DNA from: Botryllus schlosseri
Taxonomy: Eukaryota
NCBI GenBank assembly: GCA_051294905.1
Contig: CM119372.1
Location: 12,340,001-12,404,000, forward strand
Direction: 5' to 3'
DNA length: 64,000 nucleotides
The translations under genes were made by a program, and so were the position numbers. Shown here one piece after another: positions 50,201 through 62,448 of the stretch; position 1 is the stretch's first letter, and every line of letters begins with the position of its first letter. The notes beneath the pieces were generated by a model. That model did no database searches. It was not told where the DNA came from and worked only from the letters and a program-made list of their open reading frames with translations.

Positions 50201-53200
50201 CGCCGCACTGAATAGTCAAAGGAAATCCGCACCTATCCTGCACAGAGTCGTGGCCACGAGAGATCGAATCGTGTTGTGGGAGACGGTGATATCGTCGCCT
50301 GGCATAGCCATGGATTGTAACAAGTACGTGACACAGATAACGCAGAGCGGGGTATCAAACTTGGCAGTCGTGCCTTGAGCAGGTTGAATTATTTTGCCTG
50401 TGTGTTTGCGATATGTTTTTGGGTAGAAGTGATTCTGTTTTCACTTTTTTAATCTGTTGTGGGAAGTGGTTTTAGGGATAGATATCATAGATGTTATTTT
50501 TCCGGCTGAAATGTCACATCATTGATGGTGTGTTCCGGACACAATTTCTTTCTGTGTAGTCGCAAGGGTAGTCAGCGTCGGTACTCTGGTAGAAGTAAAA
50601 GTGGTGATGTCCTAGAAGTGTCATAATTACTGCTAATGGAAGTTGAAAATAGAGGTATGGAATGTACTCAAGTAGTTTGAAAAGTAAATCCGGTCGAGTG
50701 GCCGCATACTTTCAGCAGTTCATCGGAGGTGGCTACTTTTGAAATTCCAGGTTGTATCTTTGCGACTGACACCAAATAACTAATTGCATGACAAATGTGT
50801 GATTTTCCAAAATATATTCAGTTATTTCGAACTACGACACAGGCTATTTCGTCCGGTCATGATAATTTCACTCGAAAAAGTGATGCAAACATCACAAACT
50901 ACTTACCGCTTTAAAAAGTCCAAAGTGTAAAAAGTGAGTGAGTAATTCTGCCTCTAAAACAGTGGAAGTAGTCTAAAACCACTCGAGTGCGTAATGCAAG
51001 TAAGCAAAACCTATCTGAGTACTCGTAAGAAAATAGAAGTACTTCAATGCTAACCGCCTCGACTGGTGACGGAAATGAGCGTGGGTCGGCGTAGGCAGTC
51101 TGCATTCCAAGCGAGATACAACAGCGCCTCTTTTATCGATTGCAGAAACGTGACCTGCGTCGCATGCTACGACTCCACTGTGCAACTGTTTTCCTCGCGC
51201 TCCGGACGGCGCACCTTCTCGACAGTATGTCTGCGAGGCAAGCCTTACGAGGTCAAGTGCAAGGGTTGGAACGCGATGGTAGTCTGCACGAACGCGTCGG
51301 TCAATGTTTGGTGAGTTTTCCGAAGCGTGGTACCGTTGCTGATTCCATAGGTGGTTAAAATCAGGGCTTTGGAGCCGGAGCCCGGAGCCGGAGCCCCGGA
51401 GCCGTGCATTTTCACCGGAGCTGGAGCCGGAGCTCTATATAAATTTCAGCCGGAGCCGGAGCTGGAGCCCGTTATTCGAGTAGTAGCTCCGGCTCCGACC
51501 TATTTCATAAGATGATGCAACAACCACATCTGCTGATTTATCATAATTGAACAGCAGGCCGGAATTTTAATGCTGTGCACTGCAATGGCATAGAGTAAAG
51601 TGCGTTGTTGTGCAACTATGATGTTGTCGACAATTGACAAGTATTCAGAATGACGTCACAAGCTGGCACGACGGCACCTATATGTCTTCGTTGCTACATC
51701 GGATGGTACTGACGGCTGACAGACTCTAGATTGCTATAGATAACTAACCTATGGGTAGATTAGTAATCTATATAGACCAGGAATGGCCAACCTTTTCGGC
51801 TAAAGGGGCACATGCAATTGAAGAATGAGTGTGCGGTCCACTAGCCGCGCCAAGCGGATAAAATTTTCTAAGTTTATAACAAACTTGGTCAATAATATTA
51901 TTACTTGAGTATTGCTGGTCTACTGTATACCGCCCGCTAGGCTCAGTTTGCAAGGACACGACTATTCGGCGTCTGGTCACATCGATATCGAAGGTCTCCG
52001 TTAATATACGACGATAATGTTGTGCCTACATTTCACCGTTGACGATCTTTATGCGAGCGCAAACGCAAAAAGACTTTCTCGCGTAATTGCGAATACAGTT
52101 AGACTCAATCGGGTAAATCGGGCGTTTTTTTCATTGTCAGTAGGGGGTAGGCTATCAAGCAAGAAATCGTGTGACAGTTGAACACGCGAGGCGTGAAGAA
52201 AAATTTCGCTACTATTTTAGTTTATTGAAATGCACGACGATTTACTGAAAATGTGACTGGACCGTGGATCTGCCAATGCGTCGGAACTGATATTTTAGTC
52301 ATCAACATCCCAAGTGTCGCAGCCAGAATTGTAATTTTTGGTTGGCATTGTAAGTTCACAATCTGAGCAATTCATTTTCGATAATATAATAGGAAATTAC
52401 CTCGCGGGCCACGCAAAACCTCTCTCGGGCCACATTTGGCCACCCCTGATATAGCTAGGCCCATTCGATAATTTCAGAGCCGGAGCAGTGGTAATAATGC
52501 AGCTCCGGAGCTGGAGCCGGAGCTAATGTATGATAGAAGAGAGCTCCGGAGCCGGAGCAGTTTAAATTAACGGCTGCTCCGAAGCCCTGGTTAAAATAGC
52601 CACTGTTGGTACTTGAGTAAAAGTAACGTTGTATATTTTTGTTGAATTAGAAGTAGCGATTTCCAAGCAATTAAAAAGTAAGTATTCTAGCCATAGTTTT
52701 GCCTGAGGAACTTGATGCTGTTCAGGAAAAGTTGTCTAAAATCATAACCATGCGAGTAAGTAGCTCAAGTATGCAAAACCTACTTCAGTGCTCTGAAAAA
52801 GAAGTAATTTGTAAGTTTTCTGAATTGCGGTACAGTCGTTGATTCCAGAGCTGGTCAAAAGTAGTCTGTGTGCTGCTCAATTAGAAGTAGAAGTAGAAAT
52901 TTCCAAGATGTTTCAAACCTGCTTCAAGTGGAATTAGAAAATGATTGGCCTGAAGCGTACTTGATTAAGCAGCTTCAAAACGTAGATTTGGTCGAAGGGT
53001 TTCTAGTGTCCGTAAATATATATTCTAGTACAACTAGGAGTAGCACCAGGTGCATATTCTAGGCCTAGTTTTGCCTAAACGGAAAACTGTTTAGAAGCAT
53101 TAGCCTAAAATAATAACCACTTGTTGTGTAAGTAGCCCGAGGTGGACAAAATCTGCTTGAGCACTCCGTTACTGACTGCATCTGTTTGCCGTGATACAGG

Positions 53201-55237
53201 AATTTGATATCAATGACAAGTCTGATAAGCGATCGGTCTTTCGCACATTTGATGCCAAGCCAAGACGGATACGTAGAGCGTAGGAGGTCCCGGGAGGACG
53301 GCGGCGCCGAAGAACCGACCGCCGGCGACCCCAAAGACAAGCGTCAGTCGCCTCTCAGTCTCTGCGAGTTGACGGACTCGGGAAGTCCGTTGATCACCCT
53401 GGATAATCAGAAGTCCTACACGTTTTCGCTCAACCTGTTGGCATGGTGGGTGTGGATTAGGGCTGTGCACAGTGATTAGTACGGTATTAGAGTACTCAAA
53501 AACGATTTCTCAAGTAGCCTACTTTTTGAAAAATTATAGGCCCCTTTCTATTAGGAATCATGTTATTGGCGTGATTGTAGTTGTGATACTTGATTTCCAC
53601 AATGGCATCATTGAAACCTCTATATCACATCCTCCAAAATATCTAGCATAAAGATACTGACGTTAGTGGAAACGATGTTTCCGTAAAGTCGTTCTTAACC
53701 CACAGCGTTGTGACCAATAGAAATGAAATATGTATTGTCGGCAAAATACCGAATTATATCTAATGTGTTGTATGTAACTGAAATTATTTTCTTTTGTGGT
53801 CTCGTAAAAGATACTTATTTGTGTTGATATGACTTCATGACGAGAGATACTCTTGTAGGCCTACTTGATTTTGCTCAGTCCTAGTGTGAATGCCGCCTGT
53901 GCGCAGCCGGCAGCAAACACTGCGACAGTTTCTTGTGTTTAGGGTTCTTGTGAACAGCCCAGGCGAAATGATGGATCAGTCCTCGGGTTTCAAGTCGACC
54001 TTGACTGACAGTCCCCCGAAAGGTGTCCTCGACGCTTTACAGAAAAAGGCATCCGGGTGAGAACAAATGTCTTTTGCGTACATTTCCAGTCGTAACGAGT
54101 TCCTAACAATGATTTTTGCCGTTCTTTGCTTATTGACGTCGTATTTTCAGGTCTGTATCATCGTACTTTGGTATCACTTACTGGGTTTGGCATTGGTGTT
54201 ATCACAACAGAATTTCATTGTTAGATTCGTATTGGTATTGTAGGTGCCAAATTTTTGTAGAAAATTAAATTATCTTCAATGTAGTGTAAATAGTTTTATT
54301 TGATAATCCATACTGATGTAATCTAGTAATGTAATCGGCGGAATTGACCAAATAGTCAATGTTGGTACTTGGTAGCATTATTAGCAGCTATTTACAAGTC
54401 AGTAAAAAGTAATTTAGGTATAGTTTTGCTCTTTAACCTTGAGAGGTTAAGTAGAGGTGAAAGTAATCTAACATCACAACAACTTGAGTAATTGAGCAAA
54501 TAGGCGAAGCCTACTTGAGTACTCCATCAAAAATAGAAGTACTTCATTCCGGACTACCTCTAGAGGTACTCGAATACCCGACTGAAAGAATAGTACTTGA
54601 TTTGGAATCGAGTCGGCCAAGTACTCGATTTCGCCCGGCCCTAGTGAGCAGAGTTTGTCCTGTTTTGATGTGTTTGTAATGTCGTGCACAGGGTCGGTGC
54701 CACTGCGTTAAAGATGTTTCATTCAAATCCACCCACGCAGCGCTCCTCTGCTTTGGCGTTTCTAGAGGGAAAGATTGAGACTTGCATCGCTTTGAATTCG
54801 GTAGAAGAATACAAGTACTGGCTACTGACGTACGTAAGGTGAGGCGTCGAGTATGATTAAGCATGGTGAATCGCAGTAAACCGAAATTTTCAACAGGCAC
54901 TTAGTTAACGAGGGTATCGACCTGAGACTGAGAGAAGTTTGTGATGAGATGTTGGGTCCAACTTACGTGAAGTCGAAAGACATTGGACGCTTGAAAACAT
55001 CCTCCACCACAAACTGGAAGCCCTACGTTCTGGTAAAATGAAATCAACGTGACCGCGCAAGTTGGTGTTGTCTTATCACGTTGTTTTTGTGTTGTGCAGG
55101 GATTATTTAAACGAAGCCTCCTTCGCGATGAAGTTCTGCCTGTTATCGGATCCAACTTGAATTTTCAGCGTTTGTATACGGAGTATCAGGACCAGTTGGA
55201 CGTGTGTCTTGGACCAGGCAGTATCCTGTTGACATAA
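41294..55237 (+). CDS. HIRA: Histone H3.3 chaperone HIRA (24 coding exons, ~1068 aa)
   Basis: Exons: 41294-41330, 41417-41596, 43456-43545, 43612-43713, 43780-43916, 43978-44097, 44466-44635, 44695-44874, 45144-45249, 45320-45487, 45549-45628, 46578-46683, 46741-46935, 47726-47784, 47847-47992, 49281-49405, 49466-49558, 50157-50323, 51146-51310, 53200-53445, 53943-54056, 54692-54838, 54897-55032, 55100-55237; phases consistent. [13 protein letters not shown] start, WD40 repeats, B-domain [12 protein letters not shown]-terminal [21 protein letters not shown]. Middle low-complexity exons are less certain. Confidence 0.95.
42523..42795 (+). repeat. Degenerate TTAGGG-based G-rich minisatellite in HIRA intron 2
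   Basis: 24-nt units TTAGGGTTAGAGGAGAGGGGGACA and three copies of TTAGGGTTGGATGTGGGTTAGGGTCAAAGTT. Confidence 0.85.
46103..46498. mobile_element. hAT (Charlie-like) MITE in a HIRA intron
   Basis: TIR CAGGGGTCACCAAC / GTTGGTGACCCCTG; flanks GTCTATGG / GTGTTTGG (6/8). Confidence 0.85.
48041..48529. mobile_element. hAT MITE with GACTCGAGTC-type subterminal repeats
   Basis: CAGCCTTGCAAC...GTTACAACTCTG; TSD CGTGTCAG / TGTGTCAG (7/8); a related copy ends near 43264. Confidence 0.75.
51362..52589. mobile_element. hAT MITE with (GGAGCC)n subterminal arrays, containing a nested Charlie-like MITE (51778-52448)
   Basis: TIR CAGGGCTTTGGAGC / GCTCCGAAGCCCTG (13/14); perfect TSD GTTAAAAT (51354-51361, 52590-52597); nested CAGGAATGGCCAA...TTGGCCACCCCTG with ATATAGAC/ATATAGCT flanks. 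Confidence 0.92.
53458..53883. mobile_element. hAT MITE (TAGGGCTG termini)
   Basis: TAGGGCTGTGCA...TGCTCAGTCCTA; TSD GTGTGGAT / GTGTGAAT (7/8). Confidence 0.8.
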
Positions 55238-55859
55238 CATCGGTTTTTTATCTTCACACTTTTTTTATTACTTCATTATAATAGACACAATCATAACGTT
55301 ATGGCGTTGTATGTGTGGTGGCGCTCAAGGTATTCACAGAAGAATCAGTAGAGATGAGGTTATTTTTCAGTATGAACTTCAAGGTCGTACATAAATAGTT
55401 TACCAGGTCGAGTTGTCTGTGGGAGTTAGAGATGCAAATGTGTGTCGGGAGTGCAGTGGAATACAGATCTGTACCATTTCCACCGTGGTTGGAATCGGTG
55501 CATGAGTCGCTTATTTTTATGCAATACTGCGTTCCGACTCTCTGCCAAGTTCTTTCAGCCCACACCATCAAACTGTAGAGTAAATAACATCTGAAATTGT
55601 GAATTTCTACATTTTCCCACAACTTGTCTACAGAAGAAGCTGCACAGTGTGCAGTACACACTCCTATTTTTTCACATCTCTAAAATCGGACAATTGAGCA
55701 GGTGCCTTGAGATACCAACATAAGTGAAGGAACATGGTACACAGCGTTAGTTACGAGTAGCTACCAATGTTTGCCAGCTTATAACTACCAAAACTTCACA
55801 TATACTGGGAAAACGAATCGAAAGCACTTTCTTCCTCTCTTGACATCTCAAAAAAGGAT

Positions 55860-56230
55860 GGCACAGTGGACCAAATCTACTTGTCATGCTTTCCATCTAT
55901 GCCCAGTCCATAGTTGTCACATCTTCTTTTACATCTCAATGTCTTACACAGCGTTCCTCTCTTCCGTCTACATGGTATCTGTGTTCCAATCATCTTATGG
56001 CCAGAGTACCTATCACTCTTTACACGCCCATTGCCCATACCAGTCTGTCTACCTTCTCCATAACTTCTGTTCCGAGCGGTTGGACTTTGGCCGAGTCTCG
56101 GATATGTATTCCTTATCTGGTCCAATCTAGTTACTCCCAGCAAGAATCTTCTCATCGTTAGCCCAGCCAAACTAGTCCAGTCTCCTGCCTCATTACAAAA
56201 GCAGCGTCCTAAACCCATACAAGCGATACA
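55860..56230 (-). mobile_element. Decayed RTE-clade LINE ORF C-terminal relic
   Basis: Minus-strand translation contains MRRFLLGVTRLDQIRNTY and YSGHKMIGTQIPCRRKRG, matching RTE C-terminal motifs (GVTRxDRIRN, PGKRxRGRP); frameshifted. Confidence 0.7.
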
Positions 56231-56468
56231 CCCTAGCTGGCTCTACCATCGTCTTGTAAATTGACTACCACCGTCTAAAAGCACTGATGTCGCATGTATT
56301 GAAAAACCGCCATGAGCAAATCATAGAGGAATAGGCGAGGGGTAAAAAAACATCGGTCAACGTAAGAAAATCATGCTCGAAATTCCAACATATCGTAACT
56401 GGACGCAGCAGATGGGTAGCAAGCAGCAGCTGTTGACACACAGTCGAAAAATGAGTCAGATCTGGGGA

Positions 56469-59415
56469 TCAACTTTCCTCTTTCTTCTTACTTTCCAGAA
56501 TACCAAAGAGTTCGTCAGCGTTTTCGCTGGTTTTCACGCGGATAAGCATCGCAACCACCTATAAAGTTAAGATTATTTTTTAGAAAACATACGTCGTCGA
56601 GCATTATCATATCGCTTACTTCATCTTTCTGCTTCTCATTGATGGGGGGATTCGGAATGCACATGATCATGATATTGTTCTTGCCCTGTCGTTGAACAGG
56701 CATGGAAGACGTCAAGAGAATGTTGAGTAGAATTTGGCTGATGGCCGTGTCGGCCCGGACTAAAATCTGCGTCTTCGAACCGGACGGCTTCAGATATAAC
56801 TGTCCGATTCCGCGGTCGGCAAATGACTCTCCTTTCTTGTAGTAAAGCTTACACCTGTTCGAAGTTCAAAATAGAATTGTTGACTGTCGAAAAACAAGTA
56901 TAACGATGTTAAAAGCGCTACCTTATGGAATAAAAGGCATCGTCTTCGGCAACCACATTTGATTCAGGTTTCGGTGGTACATACTCTTCGTTGTCACCGG
57001 TAGCGGACTGTAAAATTTTTGATAATAAACTCATTAAAGAGCTGCAATCCGCTAGAAAAAAGATTCCAGAATATATCACGGTGAAATTCCGACAATTATT
57101 CAGTTGGCTACTGAAAAAGTCACAACGTTGGAGGCATATTTCAAATTTCAGGGCCTGCAGAGTCCAGACTTTCGTCAGAACGTACACTTGGTACACATGT
57201 TCCACCGCATTACACGTTACACTGCATGGTCCGCGACGGTTCGCAAAAAAATGTGTGGATAATGAAAGATTTGGTACGACAATAAAATTTGAACAGATTT
57301 ACATCAGATCGAGTGAACATTCTGCTCCCGACGCAGCCACGCAATATCCGTGTGATTTCTTGTAAACACACTCTCACCTGCTGACCGGGAGCATCTTGAC
57401 TTTTGTTAGCGACCATCGATGAACTGAATGTAAACCCAGAAAATCCAGCAGGTTTGGATAAACCACCCGATCCAAAACCTGTGAAAGGCGAACCGCTAGT
57501 CCCAGGATTGGTTTGAAATCCTGCAAAACTTGGCGTGATAGCTTGCACTTTGGGCACCTCCTTAGGAGGGACTGGTGATTCTGACTTTTTGTCCCCTGAT
57601 TGTTCTTGCGAGCCAAACCCGGAAAGAGTAAATTTTCGATTCTCAGAATCGCTACGCTGCGACAGAGTCTGACTCGAATCCGGGGATGCAGATTCTTGAG
57701 AATCAGAAGTTGTTTTTCCAGACGCTTGTCTGAATTAAGAAAGGACAAATACTGGAAGAAAACTACCGACAAATAGGTACCGAAACAATTCACGCTCATT
57801 TAGGAAATATATATCTATAATAAAATGGACTTGAAAACTTACGAGCCTTCAGCATCTGAGTGTCCATATTTGTCATCGATTTCAGCTAAATACTTTTTGT
57901 AATCGTTGAAGATTGGGCTCAGGTCACATAGCGGGTTCTTTTCCACGTGGCTCTGAAAGTATTGAATCACTCGACAATTCATTGAAATCCAGAACACTTG
58001 CAAAACACCTTGACCATGGTAATAATATCAAGACGACTAATCAGGTACTATACAGTATCTATGAATTCACATTTTATTACTGCAAGATAGAAAACTATGA
58101 TGAAATGATAAGGTGCGGCTATAACCTTAATCTTGAAATAATAGGTAATCAAAACCATACCTTTATCCAGTTACTGACACTTTTGTTCAATGAGCTTAAA
58201 TGGTTGTTGTATTTCGTCGCATTCTGAGATATCTCCATTTCAGCCTCACTCGATTTTGCAAGAGCTAAATAGAAATAATTATAAATTCAAATTTCATCAT
58301 TTACTGTTAGTACAAGTACATGAATGAACATCGAACAATCACATATCCATAATATATATGTGTGCCTGGAAGACAAAACCGTTTGACTTTTATCAAGCAA
58401 ACAAAATATTAATAAATTTCCCAAGATTTTTAACCTTTGTATATTTATAATATACAGTGGCTACCATCTAACAGCTTTGTTTACTTTGGCAAGACATATG
58501 CTATATCCATAAAAAAAAATAGCATCATACCACCTCATGAAACAGCCTGGCATATGGCATGAACATTTGTTCGCATGAATTACAAGGTCACATGAGATAT
58601 ATATTATCATCTCTAAATTATCACCATTACTCAATGACTGCTGACACATGACATAGAAAGTTTGTACCCTTGCCTAATTCTTGTTAGTAATCAAATTTCT
58701 TCGGCCATCTGCAACCATTCAGTAACAAAAATAAAATTAATACCAGTTTCAGACAAAAAGATTTCCTAGGACCGCAGTCTTGCATCTTGGCCTACACATA
58801 TGGAAGAAGAAAAACATGCGAGACAAAAGTTCCACAGAGTTGAGTAGTCCTATCCTGAGTATCACACAAGAGTAGGTTTCGGGAAAATGACATCCGGGAT
58901 GTTAATGTTTTTTTCCAATGTTTATATATGTGTCTTATATAGAGTTCACTATAGTTCATACCAGTGTCTTCAGTCCTTATTGAGCCATCGGCACCAGCAT
59001 TCTTTGAATTGGAGTTTGCTTCTAGCGCTTTAGTTACCGAAATATTGAACGTTGTAGATTCACTGTTCATAGTGAAGCCTTTAAATGAGTTGGATGCTGC
59101 GTTGTTATCAAATCCAACATTCGGTTTCAGCCCCGCAAAACCGGAAAATGTGGACATTCCACTCTGGTTGGATTAACAGGACGGAAACAAGTGTTCAATT
59201 CAAGTTAGCACGCCGTATAATCGGCCCAATGCAGCGGCGCCTACCTTATTCTCCCCAGTTGGTGGCATACGTCTCCTCGCTTTACGAATCACGCGGTTTT
59301 TGAGTGCATCTACGTTAGCTCTCTTGAATTCTCCGGTTCCCGCATTTTCATCTGAATCCTCCTCCTTATCCCAGTTTTGATCGGTTATATACTTGTCAGC
59401 TACTCGCTTTGCCAT
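56469..59415 (-). CDS. NUP50: Nucleoporin 50 (8 coding exons, ~449 aa)
   Basis: Exons (minus): 59245-59415, 58962-59163, 58161-58264, 57843-57952, 57378-57729, 56922-57007, 56620-56854, 56469-56558; phases consistent. N-terminal MAKRVADKYITDQNWD...RVIRKARRR importin-alpha binding motif, FxGF repeats, NPLCDLSPIFNDY, C-terminal RanBP1-type domain. Confidence 0.95.
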
Positions 59416-59672
59416 CTTGCGTTCAAAGGCGAATACCCACTAAGAAAAACCAACAATCGTCAGTCGCACATGCATAGTAATGTTACTTAAAAATCGAAAG
59501 CACCTGCAAAAACTTTTCACGTTGAGCTCAGCTAGCAATCAGCTGCAGAGCCCTGCGTCATTACGCAACGCACGAAGGAAGCGATAACCACACCGGTTTT
59601 CATACTCGGATTGAAAGTGATTATCCGGTACCTGATTTTCCATTCATTGTGTATGATTTCCAAATTTCAATT

Positions 59673-59841
59673 CGATTCATTGATTCATTGATTCATCCAT
59701 TCAATGATTCATTCATTCATTCAGTCATTCATTCATTCATTCATTCATTCATTCATTCATGCATTCATTCATTCATTCATTCATTCATTCATTCATTCAT
59801 TCATTCATTCATTCATTCATTCATTCATTCATTCATTCATT
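59673..59841. repeat. (CATT)n microsatellite upstream of NUP50
   Basis: Long near-perfect ATTC tandem array, degenerate at the left end. Confidence 0.95.
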
Positions 59842-60339
59842 CCAGGGATATATAGAGCTTGATATACATACATACATATAGAATATGTGCAAAAATGCAA
59901 ATAATATTTTTAAAAAATGAAAAAAAAATGTACAAAAAGTCAATATCACAATAGCAATTTACGCTGTGGCATAGATCATATATTGTTCGATATAGTTGCA
60001 TATTCAAATATGCATGGCGAACACGATTGCGTTGAGGCTTGGATTTTTAGAGATTCGCACCTCTTATATTTTTGCGTCCCTCCTTCACGCATAGCGCGAA
60101 ATTTTTTTTCAATTGACCCATATGGCCTTTTAGTAGGCCATGGTTGACCTAGCTTCGCACCCCCCTTCAGATGCTTTCACGCCCCCAGTTTGAGAACCAC
60201 TGATCTAACAGATTGGAATGTCACGAAATAGGACCATTCCAACATACAAGAAAGTAATTAATAACTGCTGAGCCGGTAAATTTTATCACGTGATGGGTTG
60301 AAGGAGGGCTAAAAATGAATAGTGAATTGAGGATACCGC

Positions 60340-61685
60340 ATATTCATCCGCATCATGGGATGAAGATGATAGCCTTGATATGGGAATGCGATACTAATCC
60401 TATGTTTACTCGAACACCCCGATTTAGAAAATATCATGGTATGGCGTCCTCCCCCATATTATAAGGCCCGTAGTTTGGTCGAAGAGCAACACGAAGAAAT
60501 GGTGTCGGATATGGTGTTAATACTTTGCGCGATTAGTATGGCGGATCGTGATTATACAGTGTAGCTTTATATTTATGCTTCAACATGTATGTTCTCTTGC
60601 GGGGGAGATAGTGTAGTGGTTACGATAAGCGCCCGGCACGCAAACGGACCGGGTTAGATTCCCGTCGGAGGTTTATCTGGGCTCCTCTTCCCCTGCCGTT
60701 TCCGTTCTTACGGCGACAAAAAGCCCAGACAAATACCCGACGAAAGAATGCACTCACTATGAATGGAAAGAACTAGTAGAAAGGGCAGCGGCTTCAAAGA
60801 GATCAACATCGAAAAAGAACTGTGACATCGGGCACTCTAGGCCGAGGGGGATGTTAGAGTAAAGGATCGCTACTGATGCGTGTCGTTCGACATCCTCCTA
60901 TCTGTTCATGACATCGCATTGTGTCTTATCGCATTGTACATTGTGTGTGACTTGTTCAGATCAAAAATATAACCCAACCATGTTATGTTCTCCAGACAAA
61001 AGAACTGAAACTAATTAGAACTCAAGGTATGATACTGAGAATTGAAAGAGGCTACTTGTAAAAAGCGGGAAATATATTTAATGCCCTTTGTCCAGAAAGT
61101 TTCAACAGTGATGTGCTAAAACCGATGTAAAGCTAAGAAAAGTCACAGTCCACTTTTCCAGATTAGGACACGCCATGGGCTGCTAAATTACGCTATGATA
61201 GATAAATGCTAGATTGCGAAATGGTGGTTTCAAACGCTATGATGAGTCATATTTACTGTGATATGAATATTTCATAACCATGGGCGACAATGCGGAATGA
61301 ACGGAACCACGCAACCCGCTACCATGGCCATGCCGCTACCTAAATTATATTCGCCGATAAGTTCGTAAAATCATATTAGTCTACTGTGCGCGAAGAGAGA
61401 CGAAAATTCTGGGCTATACTCAACTTTTATGAGAATTGAATGTTGATACTCCGTGGAAACAGCCCCGAAATTCCTCAGGCCATCTTTCTGATTGAAAGAT
61501 TAAACTACTTCTACTTGCCAAACTAAAAATATCGAAAAGCAAAAGTAAGTAGATCACAAAATATTACGAAGTAGAAGTAGTTGGGAAATTATGTCTACTT
61601 ATGTAAGCACCCAAGTAGATGAAAACTACTTGAGTACTTCAAAAAAGTAGAAGTACTTCGTTACTGACCAGTGACCACCTTTGGT
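60340..61685 (-). mobile_element. Inverted diverged copy of the 24472-25716 hAT element, split by a SINE
   Basis: Reverse-complement similarity to ~24472-25430 across ~1 kb; terminus GTTACTGACC...GACCACCTTTG near 61660-61684. Confidence 0.8.
60597..60978 (+). mobile_element. tRNA-derived SINE, family B, with LINE-like 3' tail
   Basis: GGGGGAGATAGTGTAGTGGT A box, GGTTAGATTCC B box; core shared with family A; tail similar to the 3' UTR of the 21706-22285 LINE; approximate TSD CATGTATGTTCTC / CATGTTATGTTCTC. Confidence 0.82.
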
Positions 61686-62112
61686 GTAAGGTCACTATAC
61701 AGAGACGACTAACTAGGGAAGGATCAATTCTCCACAGAGAACAGGGGATAATCGGTCAGCCTCTGCTGGAACTGACGATGAGGCTAGGCTGACTTTATAA
61801 AAAAAGGTCGACCTAATGGAAACCAGGGATATCTAGATCAGTGGTTCCCAAACTTTTTCCAATAATCGCCTGCTTCTCAAGCCTGACAGAAATTTTCACT
61901 CCCAATACTAACGGATCCAAAAAAGAGGAGAATTGACTAAAAATAAGGTCATTTTCAGAGTAGGTGCTCCGAAAACCGATCTTCTCGTCCATTTTCCGTT
62001 TAGCTAGGGCGATTTTTGTACCTATAATTTGAAAGATTCTGACCTAAAAAAATCACAATTTTGACATTTTTTAACCTTGAAAAAACTTAATTTTGACCAA
62101 ATTTTGACCTCA

Positions 62113-62448
62113 TGTTTGTTTGTTTGTTTTGTGGTATTCATGGTGTTTGTCGACTACCAGGCCGATATTCTTCATAATTTTCCGCAACTGCACCGTATAG
62201 CTAGCACGGCCCACCTCTAGGCATTTTGTAAGACACCGCTTACGCGGCTGAGGTGGCGAGGAGCCTAGGTGAACCTCCAACGCTTCGTAAGACACCGCTT
62301 ACGCGGATGAGGGGGCTAAGAGTAAGTAAAGGAGTAAGTAAACCTCCAACACCTAGGTATCGGAATTATGAAGTCGACCTCGGTCGGAATCGAACCCGCA
62401 CCCATTATTGTTGCAGCCGCGGATTATACCACTGCGCTATCTCGCCAC
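62113..62448 (-). mobile_element. tRNA-derived SINE, family A, with internally duplicated core
   Basis: Reverse complement begins GTGGCGAGATAGCGCAGTGG...GGTTCGATTCC and ends (AAAC)n; homologous to 27212-27488. Confidence 0.88.

Noticed and set aside
51370..51500. Regularly repeated GGAGCC units (also GATTAC at 26040-26175 and GGGGGCGA at 7290-7410) resembling CRISPR or coding repeats
   Set aside because: They are subterminal arrays of TIR/TSD-bounded hAT MITEs with no unique spacers, in eukaryotic DNA.
58690..58791. AG...GT-bounded segments in NUP50 intron 2
   Set aside because: They contain stops in the required phase, and exon 2 joins 58264 cleanly; a poison-exon role is unsupported.
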